Assembly (NCBI GenBank): GCA_030324005.1
Contig: JARDVH010000115.1
Location: 48,740,246-48,803,783 of the forward strand
Reading direction: 5' to 3'
Length of the DNA stretch: 63,538 bases
Source of the DNA: Negaprion brevirostris
Taxonomy: Eukaryota
The translations under genes and the position numbers were made by a program. A model generated the notes under the pieces. It searched no databases. It saw only the letters and a program-made list of their open reading frames with translations, and was not told the origin of the DNA. Below, in pieces: positions 50,561 through 63,538 of this stretch. The stretch's first letter is position 1. Each line of letters starts with the position of its first letter.

Positions 50561-52547
50561 TTTTGTTACTGAAGTGGTTAGCTCTAGTTAGGAAATTCCC
50601 TGACCTGGCAGACCTGCCCCAATATAATGGGCTCTGTCAGGCACAGTGTTTGCTCTGGGAAAGTGGGGGTGGGATTGAGTTTGGTCTGCCAGACAGGGAA
50701 GCAGGTCATAGGTGGCCATGGGGACAGGTGAGTGTTAAAGCAGGTTGGTTAAAAGACCACCACAGTTCTCTGGGACTTTGTTCAAGTTGTTTTAACAGCT
50801 GTTAAATCCTTTAAGCCATTCACACCTTCTCACCCTCGCATGTACTCCCCATGGTTTCTCTATGCCCATTCACCAAGATGTGAGATGCCAGTGTTGAACT
50901 GGGGTAGGCACAGTAAGAAGTCTCACAACACCAGGTTAAAGTCCAACAAGTCCAATCATGAGCTTTCAGAGCCCTGCTCCTTCATCAGGTGAGTGATCAT
51001 TCAAGTGTATTGCAGCCACCTTCAGCTAGAAATTCCAAGTGAATGATCTATTTCAGTCTTGTCCAGAGGTCCCCAACATCACAGTTGTCAGCTAATTTGA
51101 TTTACTCCATGTGATATCATGAAGTGGCTAGAGACATTGGATATTGAAAAGGACCTGGCAACATTCCAACAAAAGTACTGAAGATTGTGCTCCAGAACTC
51201 ATCGCACCCGATCTGTTCTGTCTTGCAACAACACTGGTGTTGACCTGCAATTGCACAAGTATGTCCTGTCCAGAGAAGAACTGATAAGTTTGTAGCAAAG
51301 ATGTAGATTATGATCTGATCCTGGAATTTTTTTTAATGGTCCCTTAACATTGAGAGATAGGGCACATTGACTTTTTAAAGGAAATTTGTGGATTGTTATG
51401 TTTGGAATGTCATTGATTGTTTCAGAATGTTGCAGATTACCTCAGCTGCTGTTGTAGAAAAGGTCTCAGTTATCAAAGAGTGTTTTCAGAGCAGGTTGTT
51501 GAATGTGGATTAACCTGAAGCACCTCACTGAGGTGGAAGCTCTTAATAAAATTATATTTTTCGGCTTGTAGTTACAGGATCAACCTAATAGGGAAATGCA
51601 TCAAGGAGGAGCTAACACTGACCTAACACAGTATGGCTGATGCATGCAATCTACTGAGTGCCCCAGAGGTGGACTTACAATGACAGAGGCAGTGCTTGGC
51701 ACAGGGCTCCAAGTAATTGAAGGGCTCCATGATGGCCAGTGTCTGTGGGAAATTCTTGGGCACCAGTCAGAGCCTGATAGATTCATTTGTATTTGCTGAG
51801 CCTACCTGCTGGCAGTGCAGAGCAACATCAGACTCTGGTCGAGTCCCCTTAGAGCAGGAAAACACTGACTTGTTGAGGTCAATAGGAAGGAGAGAGGCAG
51901 TAGTCAAGGTGAAGATCTCCTGTGCTTTTGTGAAAAACCAGGAGGCTCATCGATTTCAACCCTGGTCTGAGGAGGGCAGGCCATAGCCAGGCAGCCAGCA
52001 GCAAGGCAATGTTGTTGAGTGAGTTGAGATGCAAGGTCATGGTCATCGAGGGTTGTAGTGGATGACTCCCCCCCCCTCTGGAGGATTGGACAGACCATAG
52101 CAAGGCAGCCTGAACCAGCAGCGAGACAAGATCATCGAGCAAGGTGAGGCATGAGGCGCTGGTCGTCAAATGGAGCAGTGGTACAACTCCAACCCACGGC
52201 CAGGGCTGAGGAACGCTGGGCCGGCAAGGCCATAGCCAGGAGACTTGAGCCAGCAGTGAGGCGAGGTCATTAAGGTGAGGTGACAGAGTTCTGTCAGTTA
52301 CCTTCACCCCCTCTGTGTAGCTCATGATCCCCCTCACCCCAACTCAAGTGATCGCTAACCTCCCTGGCCAATCGCCTCTAGCCCCCACAATTACTGGCCT
52401 CCATGGCCGATTGGCTCTCCCACCCCANNNNNNNNNNNNNNNNNNNNNNNNNNNNNNNNNNNNNNNNNNNNNNNNNNNNNNNNNNNNNNNNNNNNNNNNN
52501 NNNNNNNNNNNNNNNNNNNNNNNNNNNGCTAATTCCCATGAAACTGG

Positions 52548-52713
52548 GGTAAATTTAGCATGGCCAATCAACCTAACCCGCACATCTTTGGACTTTGGGA
52601 GGAAATTGGAGCACCTGCATAGTCACAGGGAGAATGTGCAAACTTCACACAGACAGACTGCAATTGAACACGGAACCCTGGCGCTGTGAGGCAGCAGTGC
52701 TGACCACCGTGCC
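52548..52713 (-). mobile_element. HE1/V-SINE fragment
   Basis: Reverse complement of the tRNA head and V domain. Confidence 0.75.
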
Positions 52714-52714
52714 A

Positions 52715-54646
52715 GCCTACACTTGGAACAGACAACATGGAAAACATTTGACGGTCAAAAGAAATTGTGACACCAAATGGTCTGCTTGTGCAGATGCTGT
52801 TTTGGCTTTGAAATTGAATTTGTTATTATATAAGAAACCTTGCCATACATAATGACATCAAATTCAGAAAAAACAAGTATGAAAGTTGAAGCAAAATCCT
52901 TACAGAAGTTTGGAAAGTATGATATTTCTGTTTTTACTGTTTTGTGGAACCGTTTACTTCAAATGATTAATGCCATCAGCAATTTGTGGCAAAAGGTTGG
53001 TACAACTTTATTGAATACTTCATAATTGTTACCCTCAGTTAAAAGTTTTGTCACGGAAGTTCAAAATGACTATAGCTCAATGGAAGCAGAGGCACTAAAA
53101 CTAACAAAAAAAGCAGGTTCCTATGATGATGAGAAGCATACAAGTCACAGTTATTTTACGATGGAACTAGAAACAATGAAAGGTAAAGGTAAAAAGAAGA
53201 TCATCATTGAGACTGTCAGTGTTATTTGTGACACAATAATGGTGCAGTTGTAGGGTAGAGGTTAATCTCTTGAGGAAAACTGTTGATGCATGCCTTCTGA
53301 CAAGTTTGGATGAGAATGCTAAAAACCACTGCAGTAACAGCTTAAATTAATTCAACCAGGAAGGCATAGACTCAAATCTTTTTGAAGTGAAACAATTCAT
53401 TCATTTCACCAAGAATGGCGAGCTCTGTACTTTGAGATTGCCAGCTAATTTATACAGACAATCAACCCCTGGCCTGGTTGATTGTTGCCTCCCGATTCCA
53501 GTTGCAGAGTGTGCAGCTTCTCCCCACCACCCCTTATGCCCTGCCCCATACAGGCCCTGCCCCTTATGCCATGCCCCTGTGGCTCTGCCCCTTAATATTG
53601 CCCAGTGCTGTTTGCAAGCAACCTTTTCAAATATGGAAACAATTCTGAAAATATTTTTAACAATACCTATCACAGATGCTTCCAGTGAACATTTTTTTCT
53701 TATTGAAAAGATTTTAAAATTATTTGCAATGTACAGTGAGCCAGGAACATTTGATAAGTTCAACAATATTGATGATGGGAGTGTATCTTTACAAGCATTA
53801 CCCATGATGAAGATCAAATTGAAAATTTTGTCGAGAAGTGTAGAAGAAAAGCTAAGTTGCCATGCCAACAAGGAATGAAACAAGAAAATCTGAAAAATTT
53901 GTTCCTCTTCCATATTCTCTTGTTTAATTTCTGTTATTCAAAATAGACCATTGCTGGCCTGATACAATGGCATTAGCTGGTCACATGCTAGTAGTTCTAA
54001 CCATCATCGCTCTCATGACTGGCCTATAGAAAGTCTCTTTTAAGACAAAGAATCCTGCCAAACAAAGCCACAGATATTGGACTTGTACTTACTGGACAGT
54101 CTGCTCTAGTGAAACTACAGCAATAACTTCCTTGATTTTGTGAGGGAAAATCAGGAAGTTAACTTTTATTTTTGAAACTGAGTGAGACTCTGAAATATGT
54201 TCCTTGTTGATTGGAGTATTTGGTCCTGCTCTGGACTGGCTCATTCTGTCCTGCACTAGCCTGTGCTGCTGTGATGTCATCAGCTGATTGGTCCATCTTG
54301 TTGCTCATCAGCAAAATCCAAGTTTGTTCACTTCAACACTCACATTTTGCAACATTGACCATGTTTACTGTCATTCTGATGAGCAGTAAGCTTGGATTTC
54401 AACTCAGCAATTACAGGCATGTTTTTACAAGTTAAAAAGCACTAAAGCAGTTAAGCAATGATCAATTTATGTATTTTTGTGACTTATGCCTCTTTGTCCT
54501 GTGGGGTGAGGGTGAGCGGGTTCAGGAGGGGTATGTTCTCACTCGGGAGGGCATGATGTCATTTGGAGGAAGGGGTGTGACTTCACTGGGGGGGGCCCAG
54601 AAATGAAAGACAGCGCAAGGCCCCACAAAGTGTAAGCCCGCCACTG
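52715..54646 (+). mobile_element. Decayed hAT (Tip100/ZMYM1-like) transposon 3' part
   Basis: KRNCDTKWSACADAV (T-R-W motif) and FSNMETILKIFLTIPITDASSE (hATC dimerisation motif). Tip100-like end GGGGCCC...TAAGCCCGCCACTG at 54646. Confidence 0.7.
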
Positions 54647-56220
54647 GAGTGCCCTCTTCAATTGTTTATTTACTGTATCTCTTTGTCTACAGAAGATTAG
54701 TCATTGCACTTTAGAATCATGTAAAGTGCATGAAGAGCTTTAAAATCATTACCAACTGTGTATAATAAGTAAGTTTGGCAAAATAAAAGCAAAAATTATA
54801 TGAATCATCCCCTCTCTTTAAAGATTTTAGGGTTAATCAAACGTACTTCCCTATACCTGTGTCATAAAGGTTTCCCTCTGGTGGTTGTACAACATAATAA
54901 AAGAACCTAATTGATGAATGCAAAATTGAGACAGCTGCAATCTGACTGTAAAAAAAAGTCCCCTGTATTTGTACAATTTGGATTGAAATCAGGAATCAAT
55001 TTCTTCTGACTGCTTCAAATTTTAAGCATGATGTGCTTTTCATAAATTTGAGTCCTCTTGACTTTAATCTACTTAGCATTCTGATCCTCTATTCCTCTGT
55101 TCTGTTATGCAGCATACAGCACCTTATATTCTTTGTGCTTTGAGGTACAATGCATAGTTTTTGGCCTATGGCTCACAAATTGCCATTTCATTTAACTTTG
55201 ATTTTATTTTTGTATATTACCTTATGGGATGGATTGGATTATAACCTGTTCCTGATGAGTTGTCTCGCACAGATCTGCCATTATGTCCTGCGCATTCTAC
55301 TAAAATGTTCCAAGGAAACACAACTTTTACAATTCATCAAGCCCAGAATGATTGGGGCAGCAATGCCCTTGGTGTTATTCTGCGGCTTCCTTATGTCTGC
55401 TCTGCTGAGATGGCCCACAAATATTTCTCCACACCTCAACCTGAAGAACAAGTGAATATCTATATCAAAATTCCAGCTCCCTAAGAATAGAATATGTTAT
55501 GGGGTATTGTTACTATTATTAACACAAATTGCTGTGGCTAGCTTTGGGATTCACCCCTGTTTTGGACTTACGACTGTCACTCAAGGGAATTTGGTGTATT
55601 GAACCTTGGTGAATTAATTGCTGAACTGGTAAAAGAACCATACCATAATCTCTCAAAAATTATTCAAGGGATGGAATTATTGCTTGGGGCTGCTTATGAT
55701 TGTAGTATTCCTGGGCAGTGGACCATAACACAAGTCATGCAACATGAATTAGAAAATAAACTATTCTCATCATCTCAGTGAGTGGAGATAGGTTGAAAAG
55801 TACTTTTATTGATTATAGTGATACATCTGCCAGTGACTTCTTGTTATCAACGTTTCACCTACACATGGATACAAGGCCTGTTTCTTGTTTTCTCAATTGC
55901 CTTCATGATATCTAACCTTCTGCAGTTGAAAACAAACAAAAAATAGCCTAAAAAATGTGAAACAACTTAACTAATTCCAAAAATGTTTGTAATTTTCTCT
56001 TCCTTAACTTGCTGAAACTTGTATGAAAATTATTTTAATTTGTCAGAATAAGAAGATCTCAGTGCAATTAATTGACATTCATCTGTTTTTGTGGCTAGTT
56101 TACTTTTGAAGCTGTATGTCACTGTCTTACAAGTGAACAAATTATGTAGACAAAGTATGTGCAGTGCAGAATTAAATGAATCGTTTCCATCCCCACAGAT
56201 CCATAACGTAAACTCCTGAA

Positions 56221-57222
56221 ATGTCTGAGATGCAGAAGCATTTGGTTTCACATGACTCTGAGGAAATACAAGAGCTGGATGGTTTACATAAGAAATCACA
56301 ACCAGACTTTCTCCATTTAAGACAGACATCGAGTTCTGCGCTCTCAACAGCGGGAAATCCTGTACAAGGAAAGTTTAATCAGATAACAACCAGTCTTGTG
56401 GAAGCATCTGAAGATATGAAAATAAATAAAATTTCAAAAAGCAATGTTGAATATCACTCTCAGGTACCAACTGAAGTGGCTAAAGCAGGCTCTAGAAGAA
56501 ACATTAAGTGGGTAGGTGTGGATAAGGAACAGGCAACTGCTAAAAAAAAATTGACCGGAGGCAGTGAACTATATGGATTAGATGGTAGGAAACAGTTTGT
56601 TTTTAAACCAGCAATATCTCCAATTGCTGGTACTGTTGTAGGCCTGTCTATTTCAAAGAGACCTGAACCACCACCAAGACCTAACTTTTCAAAATTCTTT
56701 GGTACGTTGAAGTCTTCTGTCACTGAAAAGAAGGGTAATGTTTCTGCTTCAAGCAAAGGATTGCATGATCGTAACATAAAAACTAGCAGTAAAAGCGATA
56801 GAAGTAAAATCCTGTCTCCTGATACAACTGAACAAAATGATAAAAGGGAAAATCTCAACAAATCTTCGTCTCTGACTAAACAAATAACATCAGATGCTAC
56901 AGGTGTCCTACTTGATAAAGAAGATAGTACTCATTCCATTCATTCTCAAGGTGTGAGGTCTGCTTCAGAATTATTGAAAGAGGCTAAATATATAGCATTG
57001 CCAGACGCACCAAAAATATATGAAAGAAACTTCCAACTGAGCAAATTAGAACAGTCTCCAACCGCAGCACAGCAAACATTTACAGCTAAAGCAAAATCTG
57101 TTGATGAAATCATTGCTTCACTGCGGTCTGGTAGCTACACCACCTCCCAGACTGCTTCAGACCAGAGGATCAAAGGACTCTTGGAGAGAGTGTTTGGCTA
57201 CAGTTATAGCAGTGAAAGTGAG
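56221..57222 (+). CDS. TTC6: Large first coding exon of TTC6 (tetratricopeptide repeat domain 6, long form)
   Basis: 334 open codons in AT-rich DNA. Acceptor CCCCACAG at 56198, in-frame TAA upstream of the ATG, phase-0 donor GAG|GTAGGT. SVDEIIASLRS..ASDQRIKGLLERVFG resembles recalled mammalian TTC6 (SIEEIIASLQS..ASDQTIKELI.SVLG). Syntenic position and orientation fit. Confidence 0.75.
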
Positions 57223-58711
57223 GTAGGTGAACCATAACAAAGTGATGCTTTCTATTAGCTGAAAGTTGAATGTCATGAAAAATGTAGTTTTCCAAAATTA
57301 CAGCACAGTTTGTTGTTACAATATACCAGACAAAATCAACTGAAGGAGTGATGAGTCCAGTGACTTTGAAACACTGAGCAGAAGCCTAGATGTGGCTACA
57401 GTATGTATGTTATTTGGTTGTATTATAATGTAAATGACTAAGTACACAAATCAGTGCGACATAGTCTTTTACTACCAATATAGATTATGACACTGGAGAA
57501 AGTGTTTACAAGACAGTTTAAAATTCATTCAAGTATATGAATTAATTTTGTAATAAAATTAAGAAAACAGAGCAGCAGATTCAGGGAATGCTGTAAAACA
57601 TAGAAAATGATGTTGTAGATAATACAGAAAAAAACACAGGGCAACCTTGGATGTAGCAGCTAAAAGGGGAATTCTAATGCACATGAATGGGTACATTGGG
57701 TGGTTAAAATTGAAAAGATTTGAACCCTGAACTTGAGCTGCTTGCAACTCACCCATTTCTTGATTTTAAAGAGGCAGGACAAGGCAGAGTCTGTAGTCAA
57801 TCTGCTCCCAGGAAATGGATTGGCAATTTTAAATTCTCTAATGTAACCTGGTTTAAAGGCTTTACAATGAGTGGCTGTTCAGCCTCAGGAAACCTTACAG
57901 CTGAAGCAAGGCGCGACAACTTTGGAGGGAAAGTGAGTGCCTTCAAAGCACTGCTTGTGGGACAAAAGGAGCAGGGGTGTTTTCCCCCAGCACCACCCTG
58001 AGTTTCCACCACCCAAAGCTGCGCATGTATAAAGACCCCAGAATCGGTAATTGGAATCCCACCTCCTCTCTGATATCCCACCACACCTGGAAATCAGATC
58101 TTCTACCGCAGTGGTATTGTTGAAACCTACCTGGTCCACTAGCTGGGTCCAAGTTTCCCATGTGGAATGTTGAGCCTCCCCTTCTCCACATATCCTGTTT
58201 ATGTAAATTATCCCTGTTATTATCCAGGCCTACATATTTAATTAGTTTATGTTTTAATGTTTAAATATATAGGAGTTAAGGAATTATTAACTGTAAATAT
58301 AACATAAGTCAAAGATGAAATTAAACTTCAGGTAAACAGACAGTGGCAGTTCCTAAAGTGAGGCAGTGATTTATTGCTTGTACATCCTGTGCCATGTGGT
58401 AACTTCAGGATGCTTAGTGTGTGTTTGGCAACTACATGTGTAGGAAGTGCATTTGGCTGCTCAAACTCAGGGTTTCTGAAGTTGAGGAATAGCTGCTGTG
58501 ACTGCGGCGCATACAGGAGGATGAAAATTTATTGGATCACGTGGAGGCATATATCCTGCAACCATAGAGGATGCAGGAGAATACTAAAGTGAGTGACCGT
58601 CCTACAGGATATGGAGAAGAAACCAGGATTTTCCCAGCCCTCTGCACAGCTTGAGTGGCGGCATGGGATAAGAGACGTCAGCATCAGCTGTTTTGTAGGA
58701 TTTAAAATCAG

Positions 58712-60046
58712 GAATATCAGATCTCCACAACAAATGTATTTCTTCATTTTGCTGTCCTCCTCAACCTTCTGCGGCCAGTTCATAAAAATCAGTTTGGAAG
58801 TGCTACATACAGAGGATTTCTGAACTGCTTGGCCAAAAACATCAAAGTTCCCAAAGCGTGGGAAAACAGGAGTATTTCCTGCTGATTTCTTCAGCATAAT
58901 TACCAGAGCAAATCTCCAGCACTCTGAACACTGCATAGCGCCTCAGCATGATTCACTCTGGAAAGCAGGGAGCAGGGCCTTTTCCTGCCTGAGAGGACTT
59001 GAATGGCCGGGCCTTTGCGCATCTCCCAGGCACTCCTTTTGAGTGTAATCAGTTCTGTGTCAGAAATTGGCACAGAGCCGATTATCATATTGAAATGAGC
59101 ATTTCAGTAATGATTAACGGGCTCGGGATGATATTCCTTGGGCCTGCTAGCACCTCCCCCCTGCCAGGAGTGGTTCCCTCCAATGGCATTTATAACTGCT
59201 CCTTACTAATCAGGAATAGATGCCCTGACCCTGCTGGAGGGAACCGAGGCCATTGAGGCCCCCCCACGGGGGTGGAGGTAAGGGGGGGTGCCCTTTAGGC
59301 AGTGCCAGCCTGGCATTCTGACACTGCACAAGGGGCAAACTGGCACTGTCCACCAGGCACCTTGGCACTGCCCAGTAGACATCAGGAAGCGCTGAGGAAG
59401 CAAGGCCTGCTGGGGTTGGGGCCTATTGGGGCAATCAGTGGACACCACCCACAGCCACTCTGCAAGAGGGCTGATTGAGAAGGGGGTAGAGAGGAGTATT
59501 GGAGCTGGCCATCCGGGAGGGGTGTCTGTTGGGGCTGCCGGGGTGGGAGAGGGGGGTTGGGACTCTCGGGCGGGGTAGAAGGGTGTGATGTGTTGGCTTG
59601 AGAACGTTCAGGAGGTCAGCAATCGGGGGTAAGGGGCCAGTGATCGGAGGGGGTTGTGGGGTTGGCCAGCTATCGGGAGGTGGGGGCACGAGGGGTGGCA
59701 TTGCACATGCAATCTCTGCGTTGACAGATCGGCACATACACAGTGGCCTGCTCAGCGCTCAAGTCCTCTGGGGAGGAAAAGGCCCTGCTCCCTGCTTTCC
59801 AGAGTGAATCCCACTGAGGCACTATGCAATGTTCAGAGTGTCGGAGATTTGCTCTGGTAATTATATTAAAGAACTCAGCAGGAAATACTCCTGTTTTCTC
59901 ACACTGTTAGGAACTTCGATGTTTTCGGCCAAGCAGTTCAGAAATCCTCTGAATCATGTAGCACATGATTTTTATGAACTGGCTGCACAAGGTTGAGGAG
60001 AACAGCAAATTGCAGAAATACAGTTGTTGCGGGAGATTTGATATTC
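58712..60046. repeat. Long inverted repeat (~290-bp arms, ~755-bp GC-rich spacer), probably a fold-back MITE
   Basis: 58712-59002 is the imperfect reverse complement of 59759-60046. ORFs on opposite strands share RPCSLLSRVN..EALC.VQS.GDLLW. Confidence 0.85.
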
Positions 60047-60309
60047 AAAGGGTAGACAAGTGTTTGAGCACCCATTAACTTGAGCATTGAACTGTAATAC
60101 CTCTCTAACGTAAGGGTAAAAAATATCTGCAAATCGGTGCAAAACATTTTGCTGGGGGAGTGGGAATAACCGGTTGTCATGGTTGATTTTGAAAAATCAT
60201 GTTAATAAGTGACAGCCAACATGGATTTGTTAAATGCATACTTGTGTCTGATTATTTTGATTGAAATCTGATGAAAAAACAGAGTGGGTCGACGAACATG
60301 GCAACAGCA

Positions 60310-61290
60310 GAAAGTCATGTAACCCCTCAAGCCGACTCTGTGATTCAGTGAGATTTAAACTTGTCTTAAGGAAGTACATTCCAGATCCTGACCACTCACT
60401 GCATTAAAAATGTTTTCCCTCATACTGCTGTTCCTTCGTCTATTATTTCTGGATCTTGACTCTTCTGCCAATAGAAATAAGGGGCAGGATTTTCCAGCTG
60501 CATGCGCCCAAAGATTGGAAATTCCCACCCGAGATCAATGGACCTTTAAATGGTCCACCAAATTTTCTGTCCTGTCTGATGCAATTGCCATGGCGGGTGG
60601 GATGGGAAATTTCCAGCCAAGTTCTCTCTATTTCCCCTATCCAGATCCCTCATAATTTTGAACATCTCTATCAAACCTCCTCTTAACCTTCTCCACCAAG
60701 GAAAACAACTTGAGCTTCTCCAACCTATCCGCATGACTAAAGTTCCTCAGTGAAACTATTCTTGTAAGTCTTTTCTACACCCTCTCTCGTGCCTTTCTAT
60801 CCTTCCTAAAGTGCTACCCAGAACTGGATTCAATTCAGTTGAGACAGAAGCAGTGTTTTTACAGGTTTAACATAACTTCCTTGCTTTTGCACTCTGCCCA
60901 TAGTTATAAAGCCCAGAATCACAAACGCTTTATTAATCACTTCTTCCCATCCTGCCGCTTGCGATGATTTGTGCAGATATACCCCCAGGTTCCTCTGTTC
61001 CTGCAACTTCTTTAGGATTGTATCTTTTATATTGCCTTTCTTCATTCTCCCTACCAATAGGAATCACTTGTCACTATGCATATAGATGTGTTTCTTAACT
61101 TCACTCATGAAAGACCTGGCTCTTTTAGACCACACTCCATTGTCCCCGAGTTCCCAAACAATGGAAATATTTTATTTTGTTTGTCTTACCAGCCTACGTT
61201 AATATCTTGGAAACTTTGGTTAAATCTAAATCTTCTAAATTTGAGGGAGTACAATCTTCCTTGTTTAATTTCCCCTCATATTTGAATCCT
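60310..61290 (-). mobile_element. CR1 LINE 3' fragments with a small MITE at ~60480-60620
   Basis: RRLRGGLIEMFKIMRDLDR and QEQRNLGVYLHKS motifs. MITE ends GGGCAGGATTTTCC / GGAAATTTCCAGCC. Confidence 0.75.
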
Positions 61291-61501
61291 TAGGCAAGAA
61301 TGTAACACTGTCCCCGCCTGGGAGAGGGCTGGCATATGGAGAGGGAGGGTTTAAAATTGGGTGAGATGGCAGGTCTCACCATGCCCATCACCGACCCATC
61401 TCTGCTGGAATTTTGTGGGTGCCCTGCCTGCCGTTGAGCCAATTGAGGCTCTTAAGTGACCACTTTGGACCTTTATCTACTGCTGCATGGAGCACCCATA
61501 A

Positions 61502-62050
61502 TGGGATGGCACGGTGGCACAGTGGTTAGCACTGCTGCCTCACAGTGCCAGGGATCAGTTCCAGCCATGGGTGACTGTGCAGAGTTTGCATATTCTCCTA
61601 TGTCTGCGTGGGTTTCCTCTACGTGCTCTGGTATCCTCCCACAGTCTAAAGATGTGTCAATTAGGTTGATTGGCCATGCTAAATTGAGCCTAATGTTGGG
61701 GATTAGCAGGGTAAATATGTGGGATTATGGGAATAGGGCCTGGATGGGATTGTAGTTGATGCAAATTTGATGGGTCGAATAGCCTCCTTCAGTTCTGTAG
61801 GGATTCTATGATTCTAACCTTGGGTGACTGTCTGTGTGGAGTTTGCATGTTCTCTTCACATCTCCATAGGTTTCCTCTGGGTGCTCCAGTTTCCCCCCAC
61901 AGTCCAAAGATATGCAGGATTAGCAATAGTAAAATTTGGGGGGTTATGGGCGGGGTGTGGGCTTGGGTAAGATGCTCTTTCGGAAAGTTAGTGCTGACCC
62001 GATGGACTGAATGGCCTCATTCTGCATTGTAGAGATTCTATTCTTCTATG
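61502..62050 (+). mobile_element. Two HE1 SINEs in tandem
   Basis: Full copy 61502-~61815 ending GATTCTATGATTCTA, immediately followed by a head-truncated copy with V domain and tail. Confidence 0.8.
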
Positions 62051-62149
62051 TTGTAAGGCTGTCAGATGCTATCTTCAGTGGAGTAAGAAGGGATCTGGGA
62101 TGAATAGATTGGAGTCAAAGGTTGGCAGAAAAAAAGATAGCTGAAAAAT

Positions 62150-63538
62150 GGGCGACCCTCAAAGATAAATGGTTCTTGTGGAGTCAAGGTATATTCCCTC
62201 AAAAGGAAAAAGGAGGACAGACAAATACAGAGTTTCCTGGATGACAATGGAGATAGAAATGAAGAAGAAGAAAAAGAAAAAAAAATGTCCTTAGGACAGA
62301 TGTCAGACAGAAAATACAATTGAGAACCAGGTTAAATAGGTTCAGAGGAGAGGTGAAAAAGCAAGTAAGAGAAGCAAAGAAGGCATATGAAAAGAGACTG
62401 GCAGCTAATATAAAAGGGAATCCTAAAGTCTTCTATTGTAAAAGGGTGGTAAAAGGAGGAGTAGGACTGATTAAGGATCAAAAAGAGAATTTACACATAG
62501 GCCAGGGGCATGGCTGAGATATGAAATGAATATTTTGTATCTGTTTTTACCAAGGGAAAAGATGTTTTCCAGGCCATGGTGGAAGAGTAGGAAATTCAGT
62601 CACTAGAAGGGCTTAAAATTGATAAGGACGAGGGATTGGATAGACTGTTTGTCCTGAACATGGGCAGCACATTGGAACTGGAAGAGGTACATGCAAGGAT
62701 ATTGAGGGAAGTGAGAATGGAAATTGTAGCGGCACTGGCTCTAAATTTTCCATCTTCCTCAGATTCAGGAATAGTGCCAGAGGACTGGAGAACTGCAAAC
62801 ATAATGCTTAGATTTTAAAAAGACTGAAAGGATAAGCCGAATAACTACAGACCTGTCAGTTTAACTTCACGGGGTGGGGTGTGGGGAAAATTCTAGAAGC
62901 TTTTATTTGGAACAGATTTAGTAGTCACATTGAAAAATGCTTGTTAATGAAGAAGGGCCAGCATGGAGTTCTTGAGGGCAAATCAGTTAGTTTAACTAAC
63001 TTGCTGAAGTTTTTCAAAGAGCAAACAGGGAGGGTTGATAAGGACAATGCTGTTAATGTGGTGGACATGGACTTCCAAAAGGCATTCAATACAGTTCTAC
63101 GCTAAAGACTTGTGAGAAAGGTTCATGGAATTAAAGAGACTGTGGCAATATTAATTCAAAATTGGCTAAATGCCAGTAAACAGCGAGTAGTGGTTAATAG
63201 GTGTTTTTCAGGCCGGAGGAAGGTTTGTAAGTTCCTGAGGGATTGGTATTCATAGTTTTCTTCATGTATGTTAATGATCTAGACTTTGGTGTACAGGGAA
63301 CAATATCAAAATTTGTGGAGGATACAAAACTTGGAAGCATTGTAAGCTTTGAGGAGGGCAGTGTAGAACTTCAAAAGGAAATAGACATATTGTGGAGTGG
63401 GCAGATAGGTTACAGATGATGTTCAATGCAGAGAAATGTGATAGGAAGAATATGAAGAGACAGTATAAGATAAAGGGTACAATTCTAAACAGGGTGCAGG
63501 AGAAGAGGGACCTGGGTGTTTATGTGCAGAAGTTGCAG
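62150..63538 (+). mobile_element. Decayed CR1 LINE ORF2 (runs off the window)
   Basis: EKRLAANIKGNPKVFY, GIVPEDWRTAN, NYRPVSLTS, QHG and DMDFQKAF motifs, with many frameshifts. Confidence 0.88.

Noticed and set aside
53387-53913. Overlapping 163-aa and 170-aa ORFs as host genes
   Set aside because: Broken hAT transposase C-terminus with an inserted repeat fragment, plus its antisense.

Overview
Eukaryotic, repeat-rich vertebrate DNA, most likely a shark: it carries HE1/V-SINEs with CR1(HER1)-type tails, SacSINE1/Deu-type SINEs and Penelope-like ends. The window holds the conserved MIPOL1-FOXA1-TTC6 block. It includes the last coding exon of MIPOL1 (+, 9208-9274), a complete two-exon FOXA1 gene (-, 27450-27376 and 26696-25455, 438 aa), and the probable 5' end of TTC6 (+): a CpG-island promoter with a near-palindromic RFX X-box near 42.5 kb and a 1-kb first coding exon at 56221-57222. 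The rest is decayed CR1/L2/Rex1 LINEs, SINEs, hAT and Harbinger remnants, MITEs, a ~3-kb 41-bp minisatellite, and a transposon-poor, CpG-retaining domain around FOXA1. The most unusual element is a ~280-bp retroposon at 41479-41760. It starts with U2 snRNA nt 1-37, has a second internal U2 fragment, an A-tail and a probable target-site duplication, so it is a candidate U2-headed SINE or non-autonomous Keno/Utopia derivative. Gene and repeat-family identities rest on recalled sequences, not database searches, and repeat boundaries are approximate.
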